A DNA stretch of 45,472 nt from a virus (lineage: Duplodnaviria > Caudoviricetes). This document shows positions 38,168 to 45,472 of the stretch, piece by piece. How positions within the stretch are numbered: the stretch's first letter is position 1; every line of letters begins with the position of its first letter. The position numbers were made by a program, and so were the translations under genes. The stretch covers positions 1-45,472 of IMG/VR virus record IMGVR_UViG_3300027985_000858. One strand, 5' to 3'. The notes beneath the pieces were generated by a model that did no database searches, was not told the origin of the DNA, and saw nothing but the letters and a program-made list of their open reading frames with translations.

Positions 38168-38220
38168 GGTCAACTATTAAATTGTCCTTTGAATAAAGGG
38201 CGGTTTAATAGTTGGTCTTT
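38168..38220 (+). other. Long hairpin (23 bp including G-T pairs, 4-nt loop) in the control region
   Basis: GGTCAACTATTAAATTGTCCTTT-GAAT-AAAGGGCGGTTTAATAGTTGGTC-TTT. Confidence 0.65.
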
Positions 38221-38229
38221 AGGAAGAAG

Positions 38230-38499
38230 TTATTTACAAGCAATTAAATATTTCTCTAAAGCTTTAATACATTCAGATTGTGTACTGTAACCTATACTGT
38301 AATTATCATTAAAGCAATAATGTTTCCATATAGATTTATCTTTAAAATTTTCAATAGGTAATTTAAAAATCATATGGTTAGACATCCAGTTTATTAATTC
38401 AGTATCTTCATGTTTACCATTATAGAAATCATCAATTATGCAAGTAAGTTCAATTAAAGAACTATTTATGTTTACAATATTTATTCTATTATTTTCCAT
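38230..38499 (-). CDS. Hypothetical protein
   Basis: 89-aa ORF, RBS AAGGA. Confidence 0.65.
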   Translation of the reverse strand: MENNRINIVNINSSLIELTCIIDDFYNGKHEDTELINWMSNHMIFKLPIENFKDKSIWKHYCFNDNYSIGYSTQSECIKALEKYLIACK

Positions 38500-38769
38500 T
38501 TCTTTTTTTCCTTATATCTATTACACAATAAGTTTAAAACATTGATATTTTCCTTTTTTTTTATTTGTTTTTTATTTTTTTGTATTTTATGTTTAATTGC
38601 GGTTTATCGCGGTTAAACTATACTTCTTATCTCTTAGCTATATATAGGGAATATAACTTTATCTTACATATTTTCATCCCACGTGTTATCATTATCTTAA
38701 GCATTAAATGTAACCTGTATAACATGGATTATACAATAAATAGAAATTCAACGAATTATGGGAGAATAT

Positions 38770-39198
38770 ATGGCTACAAACGAGAAAAATGAGCCACTGA
38801 GCCATCGAACGAGTAAGTTGGTAGAAAAGTTAATCCAACAGGTAGAGGAAGCGATAGAGCGTAACCCTGCGAAGATAATAGAGTATACTGACGTGATAAG
38901 AAAGGTAGCTGAGATAACAGGGATAGAGAAGAACAAGGGTAGTAAACTTGCAGTGGTAAGGTTGCCTGGACTTATGGAGATAGAAGAGTTCAACCGCAGT
39001 GTATCGGAGAATACAGAATTCCCATGCGCTGAATCGGAAGATACTGGGATGGAATGGTCAAAGCCCCACTCGGAGTTGTTGGCGAAGCCAACTAGTGAAA
39101 TACCCACGCTTACGCAAAACATAGGTACAGATACGGATGAATTAACACCTGGAGAAATAGACTGGGAATCCTTTGATAACTTTATAGTAGGAGAGTAG
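38770..39198 (+). CDS. Hypothetical protein, terminase small subunit candidate (start at ATG 38770)
   Basis: First gene of the + arm, upstream of terL; helical N-terminus, acidic low-complexity C-terminus; function inferred from position only. Confidence 0.45.
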   Translation: MATNEKNEPLSHRTSKLVEKLIQQVEEAIERNPAKIIEYTDVIRKVAEITGIEKNKGSKLAVVRLPGLMEIEEFNRSVSENTEFPCAESEDTGMEWSKPHSELLAKPTSEIPTLTQNIGTDTDELTPGEIDWESFDNFIVGE

Positions 39199-39200
39199 CA

Positions 39201-39407
39201 ATGACAGACGAGGAGCAATTGGAAGCGATGGACCTATTACTTGAATGTAGCCGCGTTTTCTTAGATTATTCAATAATTCATAGGGAAAAACACGGAAAAG
39301 GCAGTGAGCAGTATTTGAGGAATCATGGGATGTTTGAGAAGTGTCATTCATTCCTTGATAGGATGCTTTTTGAAAAGTTGGAAAATTTTCCAGAAAACAA
39401 GGGATAG
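39201..39407 (+). CDS. Small protein, paralog of 39410-39610
   Basis: Shared CS..F..........HG..SE.Y..N..MF..C pattern. Confidence 0.7.
   Translation: MTDEEQLEAMDLLLECSRVFLDYSIIHREKHGKGSEQYLRNHGMFEKCHSFLDRMLFEKLENFPENKG
39372..39396. repeat. Dispersed palindrome copy; 25 bp identical to 39558-39582
   Basis: GAAAAGTTGGAAAATTTTCCAGAAA (read as KLENFPEN). Confidence 0.85.
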
Positions 39408-39409
39408 CG

Positions 39410-39610
39410 ATGGATGGGTTGATTAAAAATACTTTACAACAGTGTAGTAGTTATTTCTTTACGGCCGCGATGACCTCTAAAGATGTCCATGGAGAAAATA
39501 GCGAAGAGTACAATAATAACTTTAGCATGTTTTTGTTGTGTGAGTTTACCTTAGGTAGAAAAGTTGGAAAATTTTCCAGAAATGAGGAAGAGTTATGGAT
39601 AAGCTTTTAA
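39410..39610 (+). CDS. Small protein, paralog of 39201-39407
   Basis: Same Cys/His pattern; overlaps the terL start. Confidence 0.7.
   Translation: MDGLIKNTLQQCSSYFFTAAMTSKDVHGENSEEYNNNFSMFLLCEFTLGRKVGKFSRNEEELWISF
39558..39582. repeat. Dispersed palindrome copy, just upstream of the terL start
   Basis: GAAAAGTTGGAAAATTTTCCAGAAA (read as KVGKFSRN). Confidence 0.85.
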
Positions 39611-41076
39611 CAACGAATGATATTGAAGAACTCTTACCTAAGATAACAGGGAGTACCTTAACTCAGACGGACCTTGATGACCTTGCGGACGGTTACTATT
39701 ATGTATGGGAACCGCAACCTAAACAGGCGTTACTTCTTAGCTGCCCAGCCGATGAAAAATTTTTTGGAGGGTCGAAAGGAGGTGGAAAATCGGATGCAAT
39801 CCTTGGCGGATGGATAAGCCATGCAGATAGAGGCGGAAAACATGCTAGAGGTATTATATTTAGAAGATCGAACTCAGAGCTGGAGGAATTAATTCAGCGG
39901 TCCAGGGAGATGTTTGAACCTCTTGGAGCTGTTTATAAAATAGCCGCGAGAACTTGGACATTCCCAAATGGAGCCATTTTGAAAATGAGGTTCCTTGAAA
40001 AAGATGCCGATGTTGGAAAATACCAAGGACATTCTTACTCTTATATTGCCATAGACGAGTTAGGAAACTATCCTACTCCATATGTTTATGATAACATGCT
40101 TTCTTGTCTAAGGTCTGTCCATGGTGTTAAGTGTGAGATGATTTCAAGTGGAAACCCTGGTGGTGTTGGCCATGGTTGGGTAAAACGGCGATTTATTGCT
40201 GGTAAGATTCCTAACCGCATTTATAAATATGAACAAATAATTAAAGTAGATGGTAAAGAAAAAAAGATTGAGTTTACAAGGTGTTTTATACCTTCATCAG
40301 TATACGACAACAAAAAACTAATAGAAAACGACCCTAAATATCTAGCCAGACTTGAAATGCTTCCAGATCAGCTAAAGAGAGCCTTTTTGCATGGGGATTG
40401 GGATGTTTTTATTGGTCAGGTTTTTGGTGAGATAAGAGAAGATAAGCATTATATAAAGCGATTTTTATTGCCAAGACATTGGCCAAAATTTGCGACGATT
40501 GACTGGGGTTATAGTAAACCGTACTCGATAGGATATTGGACAGTAACAGATACCGGTCGACTTATAAGGATCCATGAGGACTATGGTTGTGTTCCAGGAA
40601 TGGAAAATGTTGGTGTTCAAAGAAATGCTAAAGAAGTAGCAGCCAGAATGATTCCATTTTTAAATGCTTTTGGTACAAATTCTGTCTATGCCGACCCTGC
40701 TTGTTGGCAAAAACATGGTCATGGTCTTAGTATTGCAGCAATTTTTGACATCAACGGAGTTAAATTAAAACCAGCAAAGAGAGACAGAAAGGCCGGTCTT
40801 GCCGCTTTACATACAATGCTGCAGAATGTAGATTCAGAAGGTAGGCCATTATTTGAGGTTATGGATCATTGCACTGCATGGATAAGGACAGTTCCTAACC
40901 TTGTAGGTTCTAAAACTGACATTGAGGATGTAGACACAGATGGTGAAGATCATGCTTATGATGATACCAGATTTGCTGTATTGTCTCCAGAAGTACAAAG
41001 AGGAACAGATAACTGGGCATGTAGAATACATTCTAACCACAGATATTTAGAAGAAGATCGAGATTATGCATTGTAA
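39595..41076 (+). CDS. terL: Terminase large subunit
   Basis: PQPKQ, GGSKGGGKS Walker A, IAIDE Walker B, NPGG.GH.WVK, DWGY nuclease and EDHAYDD.RF motifs. Confidence 0.95.
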   Translation: MDKLLTTNDIEELLPKITGSTLTQTDLDDLADGYYYVWEPQPKQALLLSCPADEKFFGGSKGGGKSDAILGGWISHADRGGKHARGIIFRRSNSELEELIQRSREMFEPLGAVYKIAARTWTFPNGAILKMRFLEKDADVGKYQGHSYSYIAIDELGNYPTPYVYDNMLSCLRSVHGVKCEMISSGNPGGVGHGWVKRRFIAGKIPNRIYKYEQIIKVDGKEKKIEFTRCFIPSSVYDNKKLIENDPKYLARLEMLPDQLKRAFLHGDWDVFIGQVFGEIREDKHYIKRFLLPRHWPKFATIDWGYSKPYSIGYWTVTDTGRLIRIHEDYGCVPGMENVGVQRNAKEVAARMIPFLNAFGTNSVYADPACWQKHGHGLSIAAIFDINGVKLKPAKRDRKAGLAALHTMLQNVDSEGRPLFEVMDHCTAWIRTVPNLVGSKTDIEDVDTDGEDHAYDDTRFAVLSPEVQRGTDNWACRIHSNHRYLEEDRDYAL

Positions 41077-41117
41077 GCAGCGGTTTTTCATAGTAAAATA
41101 TGCTTACCTCGGTTTGT

Positions 41118-41138
41118 GCCCCTTAGGGGGCTTTTTTT
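41118..41138 (+). terminator. Intrinsic terminator after terL
   Basis: GCCCC-TTAG-GGGGC followed by T7. Confidence 0.75.
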
Positions 41139-41148
41139 ATGGAGCAAT

Positions 41149-41658
41149 ATGATTAAAGAACAATGTACTTCTGAATTAAAGGGTTCTACTCTCTATATGA
41201 GAGGGACAGATGTTAAAGAGATCAGTGATATTTTAGCTATAAAATGGTTGCTTATTCCTAAGCACATAAAAGATGTTGGTAATGTTAGCTTAGGCGTATG
41301 GCTTCAAGCAGAGGTTATTTATAAAAGACATAAAGAAGAACTATTTAAGCAAAAATCTTTAAAAATAGAAGGGCATTCCCTTGGCGGTGGTATAGCTTTA
41401 CACATCGCCATAATGCTTTTTTTGGATGATTACAGGGGATTTATTAAAATTAATTGCAAGGGAGCGGTTAAGTGTATTGATGAAGATACCGCAATATGGC
41501 TGTTTCCTAAAAGACAGCAGACTATATGGGCGGTTAATCATAAAGACCCTGTTCCATTCCTAGGATGGTGGAAAGAGCCTAATCATTGGACCCCAAGAAC
41601 TGGGGAAAAACGTAAACATTTCTTAGATTGGAGTATAAAAGCTCATACAGATTACTGA
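41149..41658 (+). CDS. Class 3 lipase-like alpha/beta hydrolase (start reassigned to ATG 41149)
   Basis: RGT oxyanion motif, GHSLGG nucleophile elbow, VN..DPVP acid, C-terminal His (KAHTDY); RBS GGAG. Confidence 0.85.
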   Translation: MIKEQCTSELKGSTLYMRGTDVKEISDILAIKWLLIPKHIKDVGNVSLGVWLQAEVIYKRHKEELFKQKSLKIEGHSLGGGIALHIAIMLFLDDYRGFIKINCKGAVKCIDEDTAIWLFPKRQQTIWAVNHKDPVPFLGWWKEPNHWTPRTGEKRKHFLDWSIKAHTDY

Positions 41659-41681
41659 AAGTTGGAAAATTTTCCAACTTT
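41658..41681. promoter_or_regulatory. Dispersed palindrome, perfect 24 bp, intergenic upstream of the portal
   Basis: AAAGTTGGAAAATTTTCCAACTTT. Confidence 0.85.
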
Positions 41682-41723
41682 TTATTATTGATAATCTAGG
41701 TTTTAAGTAGTAACCTATAAATT

Positions 41724-43331
41724 ATGGATGAAGAATTAGGTAAAAAACTGGCTGCTGAGGCTCAAGAATTATTCGATGAAAGAAAAAGAGTCATTGAACC
41801 TGTCTGGAAACAGATTGCGGAAGTTCTTATCCCCGAGCTTCAAGACCTTGACGGTTCAAAAACAATAGATGCTTTATTGGCTCCAGGTCATTACGATGGT
41901 TCACCACGATCTGCCCTAGAGGTTGCTTCTAATACTTTGTTTAGTTTAATGTGTGGCCCAGGTACAAACTGGATTCAATTCTATTCTAAAAATAAAGAGC
42001 TTATGAATGATAGAGAAGCAAGGATTTATTTAGATGATTTAAGAACTTTAGTATTAAAAACACTTAGGGAGAACGGATTTTACCAAACCGCAAAACCAGC
42101 TATCAAATATGCATTGGCACTTGGGACAGTAAATGTTACTGTTACATCTGAACCAGAAGAAGATTCAATTGACTACATGCTTTGGCATCCTGGTGACACT
42201 GCTTTAAGTGTTGGAAAAAATGGCAGGCCAGATAATCTTGTAATAAAGCAAAAAGTTAAAATAGAGGACCTATTGAAGTATGATGAAATTCCTCAAAAAT
42301 ATTTAGACCTTATAATTCAGGGAAAGGGTAAAGAACTTGTTAATGTCTATTTCTTTTTCAAAAAAATAAAAAGAGAAGAAGATAATGTTTTGGGTGGAAA
42401 ATTTAAGTACAATCTGTTTCATGTTTTAGAGACAGGTGAAATAATTTTACATTCTGGAATGATGTCTCAACCTGGAGCTATTTGGTTGTTTGAAAAAACA
42501 CCTAGATTATCTTATGGTTTGTGTCCAGGATATTATGTTTTAAGGGATGTTTTGCAAAGCAATAAGCTTAGAAAAATTGCAATGATGGAAGCCGAAAAAG
42601 AGGCTAAACCTCCATTATGGGTTCCTAGAACAACAGCAGGGAAGTTTTACACAGAGCCAGGATCAATAAATTATTATGATCCTGGAACAGGGCAAGATTT
42701 CCCAAAGAGAGTATTTGACAGGGCTGATTTAACAGGCATTAAGGAAATGCAGTTAGAGATAAAACAGATAGTAAATACTCATTTTTTAATAGATTTTTTT
42801 AATGCATTAACATATAAAACTAAAAGGGTAACAGCGGTTGAAGTTCAAGGGCTATCAGAAGAGATGTCTCAACAGGTTTCTTATATAGTTCAAACCATAG
42901 AGGATAATTTTTTAAGACCTATAGTCTTGAGAACATTATTGATATTGGAAGAAAAGAAAAAGCTTCCAGAAATGCCTACATCAATAAAGCAAGAGGATGT
43001 TTTAGGTTTACAATTTGCAGGGCCTTTATCCATTGCTGATAGATATTTATATAAATCACAACAAGCTCATAGGGTTCTTAATGAAGCCTTAGCACCATTA
43101 GGAGCTATTGCACCAGAAGAAGTAAAAGACCAGCTAAATGTAAGAGCATTTATCGAACTAGTAGCGGATGGAATTGGCGGAGGAAGTGCTATTTTAAGAA
43201 GCGAAAAAGAGGTTGAAGAAATTCAGGCACAAAGAGCAGCCGCGGCTCAACAACAAGCGGAAGTAGAGCAAGCGGCAATGTTACAAAAAGCGGGAGGTAT
43301 GAACAATGGACCTGAACAGCCAGCAGTCTAG
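41724..43331 (+). CDS. Portal (head-to-tail connector, T7 gp8/Bbp21-like)
   Basis: W..IAE...P, YG..PG, PP, TA.EV motifs; 535 aa; synteny. Confidence 0.9.
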   Translation: MDEELGKKLAAEAQELFDERKRVIEPVWKQIAEVLIPELQDLDGSKTIDALLAPGHYDGSPRSALEVASNTLFSLMCGPGTNWIQFYSKNKELMNDREARIYLDDLRTLVLKTLRENGFYQTAKPAIKYALALGTVNVTVTSEPEEDSIDYMLWHPGDTALSVGKNGRPDNLVIKQKVKIEDLLKYDEIPQKYLDLIIQGKGKELVNVYFFFKKIKREEDNVLGGKFKYNLFHVLETGEIILHSGMMSQPGAIWLFEKTPRLSYGLCPGYYVLRDVLQSNKLRKIAMMEAEKEAKPPLWVPRTTAGKFYTEPGSINYYDPGTGQDFPKRVFDRADLTGIKEMQLEIKQIVNTHFLIDFFNALTYKTKRVTAVEVQGLSEEMSQQVSYIVQTIEDNFLRPIVLRTLLILEEKKKLPEMPTSIKQEDVLGLQFAGPLSIADRYLYKSQQAHRVLNEALAPLGAIAPEEVKDQLNVRAFIELVADGIGGGSAILRSEKEVEEIQAQRAAAAQQQAEVEQAAMLQKAGGMNNGPEQPAV

Positions 43332-43593
43332 TGATTTTATCAACAGAATGAAAACCATGTTAACATTAAATGGCTCTTCTAGGTCTGATGATGATAATAC
43401 AAGGGTTTTGTTTAGAAATATTTTCATCGAAACTCCAGGAGGAAGGGAGTGTTTATCTATTATTCTTGATATGCTACAGTATAACGAGAAAATAGTAAGT
43501 CCTTATGAGCTATCGTTGCACAATGTGGCGGTTGAAATATTAAATATTCTTGGTGTAAACAGCACCATTGATATAGTAAACAGTATAAAATAA
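43306..43593 (+). CDS. Bbp19-like protein
   Basis: FRNIF..TPGGRECL..IL pattern; between portal and scaffold. Confidence 0.65.
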   Translation: MDLNSQQSSDFINRMKTMLTLNGSSRSDDDNTRVLFRNIFIETPGGRECLSIILDMLQYNEKIVSPYELSLHNVAVEILNILGVNSTIDIVNSIK

Positions 43594-43607
43594 AACGGAG
43601 GGAATTT

Positions 43608-44237
43608 ATGTGGTGGGACACGTTACCAGAAAATCTAAGAACACCAGAATTAATCGAAGTCTATAAGGCTTATGATTCACTAGGTGCGTATATGGCTAAA
43701 ACCCATGAAACTTTAAATACAACAAGGGCTTCTTTGGCTGAAAAAGAAGCTGCAATGAAAAGTTTAATTAAAGTTCCTGGTGAAAATGCTACACAGGAAG
43801 AAATAAACCAATTCTTCAAGGGAATTGGGGTTCCTGAATCAGAAAAAGATTATGGAATAGATGAAGAAGTTGGAAAAATGTTCAAGTCTGCAAACCTTAC
43901 TAAGACACAAGCTAAGAAGTTAGCAGAAATTCTTGGAGAGAATACAAAAACCAAACAGCAAGCTTCTGAACAGGCCAGGTTAAACAAGATAAAAGAGTAT
44001 GAAACCTCTCTTGGTGACAAGAAAGAGGCTACATATACGCTAGCAAAAAAGGCGATTGCCCATTTCTATGGAGAAAAGGCGGCTGAAAAAGAACCTATTA
44101 TTTTACAGGACCCAGAATTGATTGATGTAAACGCTAGAATAGGTAAAATTATTAGTGAGAAACCGGGACTTTTCCAGAGCGGTTATACCGGAGCTGGTCA
44201 AGGTGGATTATACAAGACTATGGAAGGTCTTGATTAG
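43608..44237 (+). CDS. Capsid scaffolding protein
   Basis: W..TLPE.LR, VPGENAT.EE...F...G.PE....Y, L.K.QA motifs; precedes the capsid gene. Confidence 0.8.
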   Translation: MWWDTLPENLRTPELIEVYKAYDSLGAYMAKTHETLNTTRASLAEKEAAMKSLIKVPGENATQEEINQFFKGIGVPESEKDYGIDEEVGKMFKSANLTKTQAKKLAEILGENTKTKQQASEQARLNKIKEYETSLGDKKEATYTLAKKAIAHFYGEKAAEKEPIILQDPELIDVNARIGKIISEKPGLFQSGYTGAGQGGLYKTMEGLD

Positions 44238-44247
44238 GAGGAAATAG

Positions 44248-45261
44248 ATGGATAAAGCGTTAACACTTGCTGACATTAAGGCAACCTTAACCCCAGATGG
44301 ATTACCAGCTCAAATTATTGACACAATGGCAACGTCTGGCTCTTTAACGGAGGATGGTTTATGGAAGCCAACAAATGCTTTCGGTAGAAATGTTACGGCT
44401 AGGACCCTATCTGTACCTGATGGAGAATTTAGAAGGGCTAACAAAGGTATTACCCCTGGTAAAGGTTCCATAGGACAAATAGAGGATTATGTTGGCTACA
44501 TAGAGGCTATGTCTTTTGTAGATGATAAGGTTATCAGGTCTGTTAAAAAAGGTAATAAGGCTCAGGCAAGAGCTACTTATGACAAACTTTTCAGTTCTGG
44601 TTTAGCTTCACAGGGTAGACAATTTACAATTTATGGTTCCAGAGAAGCAGACCCAGAAGCATTTAATGGAATGGCAGCAAAAAGAAACAAAATAGATAAC
44701 ATCTATACTATTGACTGTACTCCTTCAACTGGGTTTACTGTCGATGGGAAAAGAACATCTATTTTTCTTGTTGCGTGGGATGGAGACAGGGGATGTCATT
44801 ACCTTTATCCAGAAGAAACCGCGGCTGGTATAACCACTGAGGATTTTGGTAAGCAAATTATTCCTGACCCAAATAATGATCCAGCAGGGCCACAAAGGTA
44901 TTTACCAGCTTGGATTACTTGGTTTTATTATGACCTTGGGTTTACGGTTAAAGATGACAGAGCATTGATTAGACTTTGTAACATTGACCTTGAAAATAAA
45001 TCAAGTGATTACATGAAAGAGGTTCTTGCTAAACTTAATCAGGCCGCAAGAACACTTTCTTTTGATCCAGGATCAGGGAAAGTTAAGGCTTATTGTAATA
45101 TGGACATGGAGGTTTTCTTGGATAACATGGTGTTAAATCTTGCTAACTTTGAAATGACTCAAATGACAATCGAAGGGAAAACATTTACTTCTTCTATAGT
45201 GAGAATTCCATTAAGAAGATGTGATGAAATTTCCAGTGCGGAAGTAGCTGTAACAGCTTAA
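44248..45261 (+). CDS. Major capsid protein (BPP-1 Bbp17-like HK97 fold)
   Basis: LTLAD, P.G.FRR.N.G, F.G...R.N, TSI.LV.W, R.CNID and IP.RRCD.I...E motifs. Confidence 0.9.
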   Translation: MDKALTLADIKATLTPDGLPAQIIDTMATSGSLTEDGLWKPTNAFGRNVTARTLSVPDGEFRRANKGITPGKGSIGQIEDYVGYIEAMSFVDDKVIRSVKKGNKAQARATYDKLFSSGLASQGRQFTIYGSREADPEAFNGMAAKRNKIDNIYTIDCTPSTGFTVDGKRTSIFLVAWDGDRGCHYLYPEETAAGITTEDFGKQIIPDPNNDPAGPQRYLPAWITWFYYDLGFTVKDDRALIRLCNIDLENKSSDYMKEVLAKLNQAARTLSFDPGSGKVKAYCNMDMEVFLDNMVLNLANFEMTQMTIEGKTFTSSIVRIPLRRCDEISSAEVAVTA

Positions 45262-45272
45262 GGAGAAGAATT

Positions 45273-45472
45273 ATGAGAATGCCAGTGGATCAAAACCTAG
45301 TTCTTTGTGAAATAACAGGTACAGGCTCATACCCTGGAGGTGCGGCTGCATTTTATGGACCTGTAGTAAAGCTAGCAAATGGCGGTAAAGACATTGCTCC
45401 TTTACCACAGAATACATTAGTTGATGGGAATGGATTTCTTAATGTTGAAATTGTAATTGCAGGTACATTCAC
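45273..45472 (+). CDS. Capsid cement protein, 5' part (continues to the stop at 368-370)
   Basis: RBS AAGGAG, ATG 45273, frame open through the end repeat. Confidence 0.75.
   Translation, partial: MRMPVDQNLVLCEITGTGSYPGGAAAFYGPVVKLANGGKDIAPLPQNTLVDGNGFLNVEIVIAGTF
45329..45472. repeat. Contig-end direct repeat, copy 2
   Basis: Identical to 1-144. Confidence 0.97.

Noticed and set aside
38011-39351. ORFs 38011-38196, 38565-38792, 38748-39218 and 39142-39351
   Set aside because: AT-rich intergenic or antisense frames without RBS support.
9603-41681. Palindromic repeats as a CRISPR array or terminators
   Set aside because: The copies are kilobases apart, mostly intragenic, loopless, and have no regular spacers or cas genes.
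1-45472. Stop-codon reassignment
   Set aside because: Conserved genes are full length and tightly packed in the standard code, and TAA, TAG and TGA all end genes.

Overview
The window is an apparently complete, circular, AT-rich (roughly 30% GC by eye) tailed-phage genome of 45,328 bp. Bases 1-144 repeat at 45329-45472, in the middle of a gene. The + strand arm (about 38760 through the contig junction to 18093) holds a BPP-1/T7-style podovirus morphogenesis module: terminase, a class-3 lipase, portal, Bbp19-like protein, scaffold, major capsid, cement, tail adaptor and nozzle, three internal virion proteins, tail fibre with chaperones, and lysis genes. The - strand arm (38499 to 18079) holds many small early genes, RadC, two SSBs, a beta-clamp-like protein, ERF, a nuclease set, an SMC-like ATPase, a ParB-like protein, an SF2 helicase, RusA, MazG, an amino-methyltransferase and a spanin pair. 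A spirochaete-type SSB and lipobox suggest a Spirochaetota host (inference). I found no integrase, DNA polymerase, primase, CI repressor or ParA. Most notable: (1) ten dispersed copies of the palindrome AAGTTGGAAAATTTTCCAACTT together with an orphan ParB-like protein; (2) strong genome-wide enrichment of GCGGT/ACCGC; (3) a promoter plus structured RNA plus bipartite targets with the layout of P1 C4 / P4 CI antisense switches; (4) a circularly permuted M23 endolysin; (5) a tRNA minihelix-like element upstream of ssb. All protein calls come from motif recognition and synteny, not database searches, and all counts are manual.
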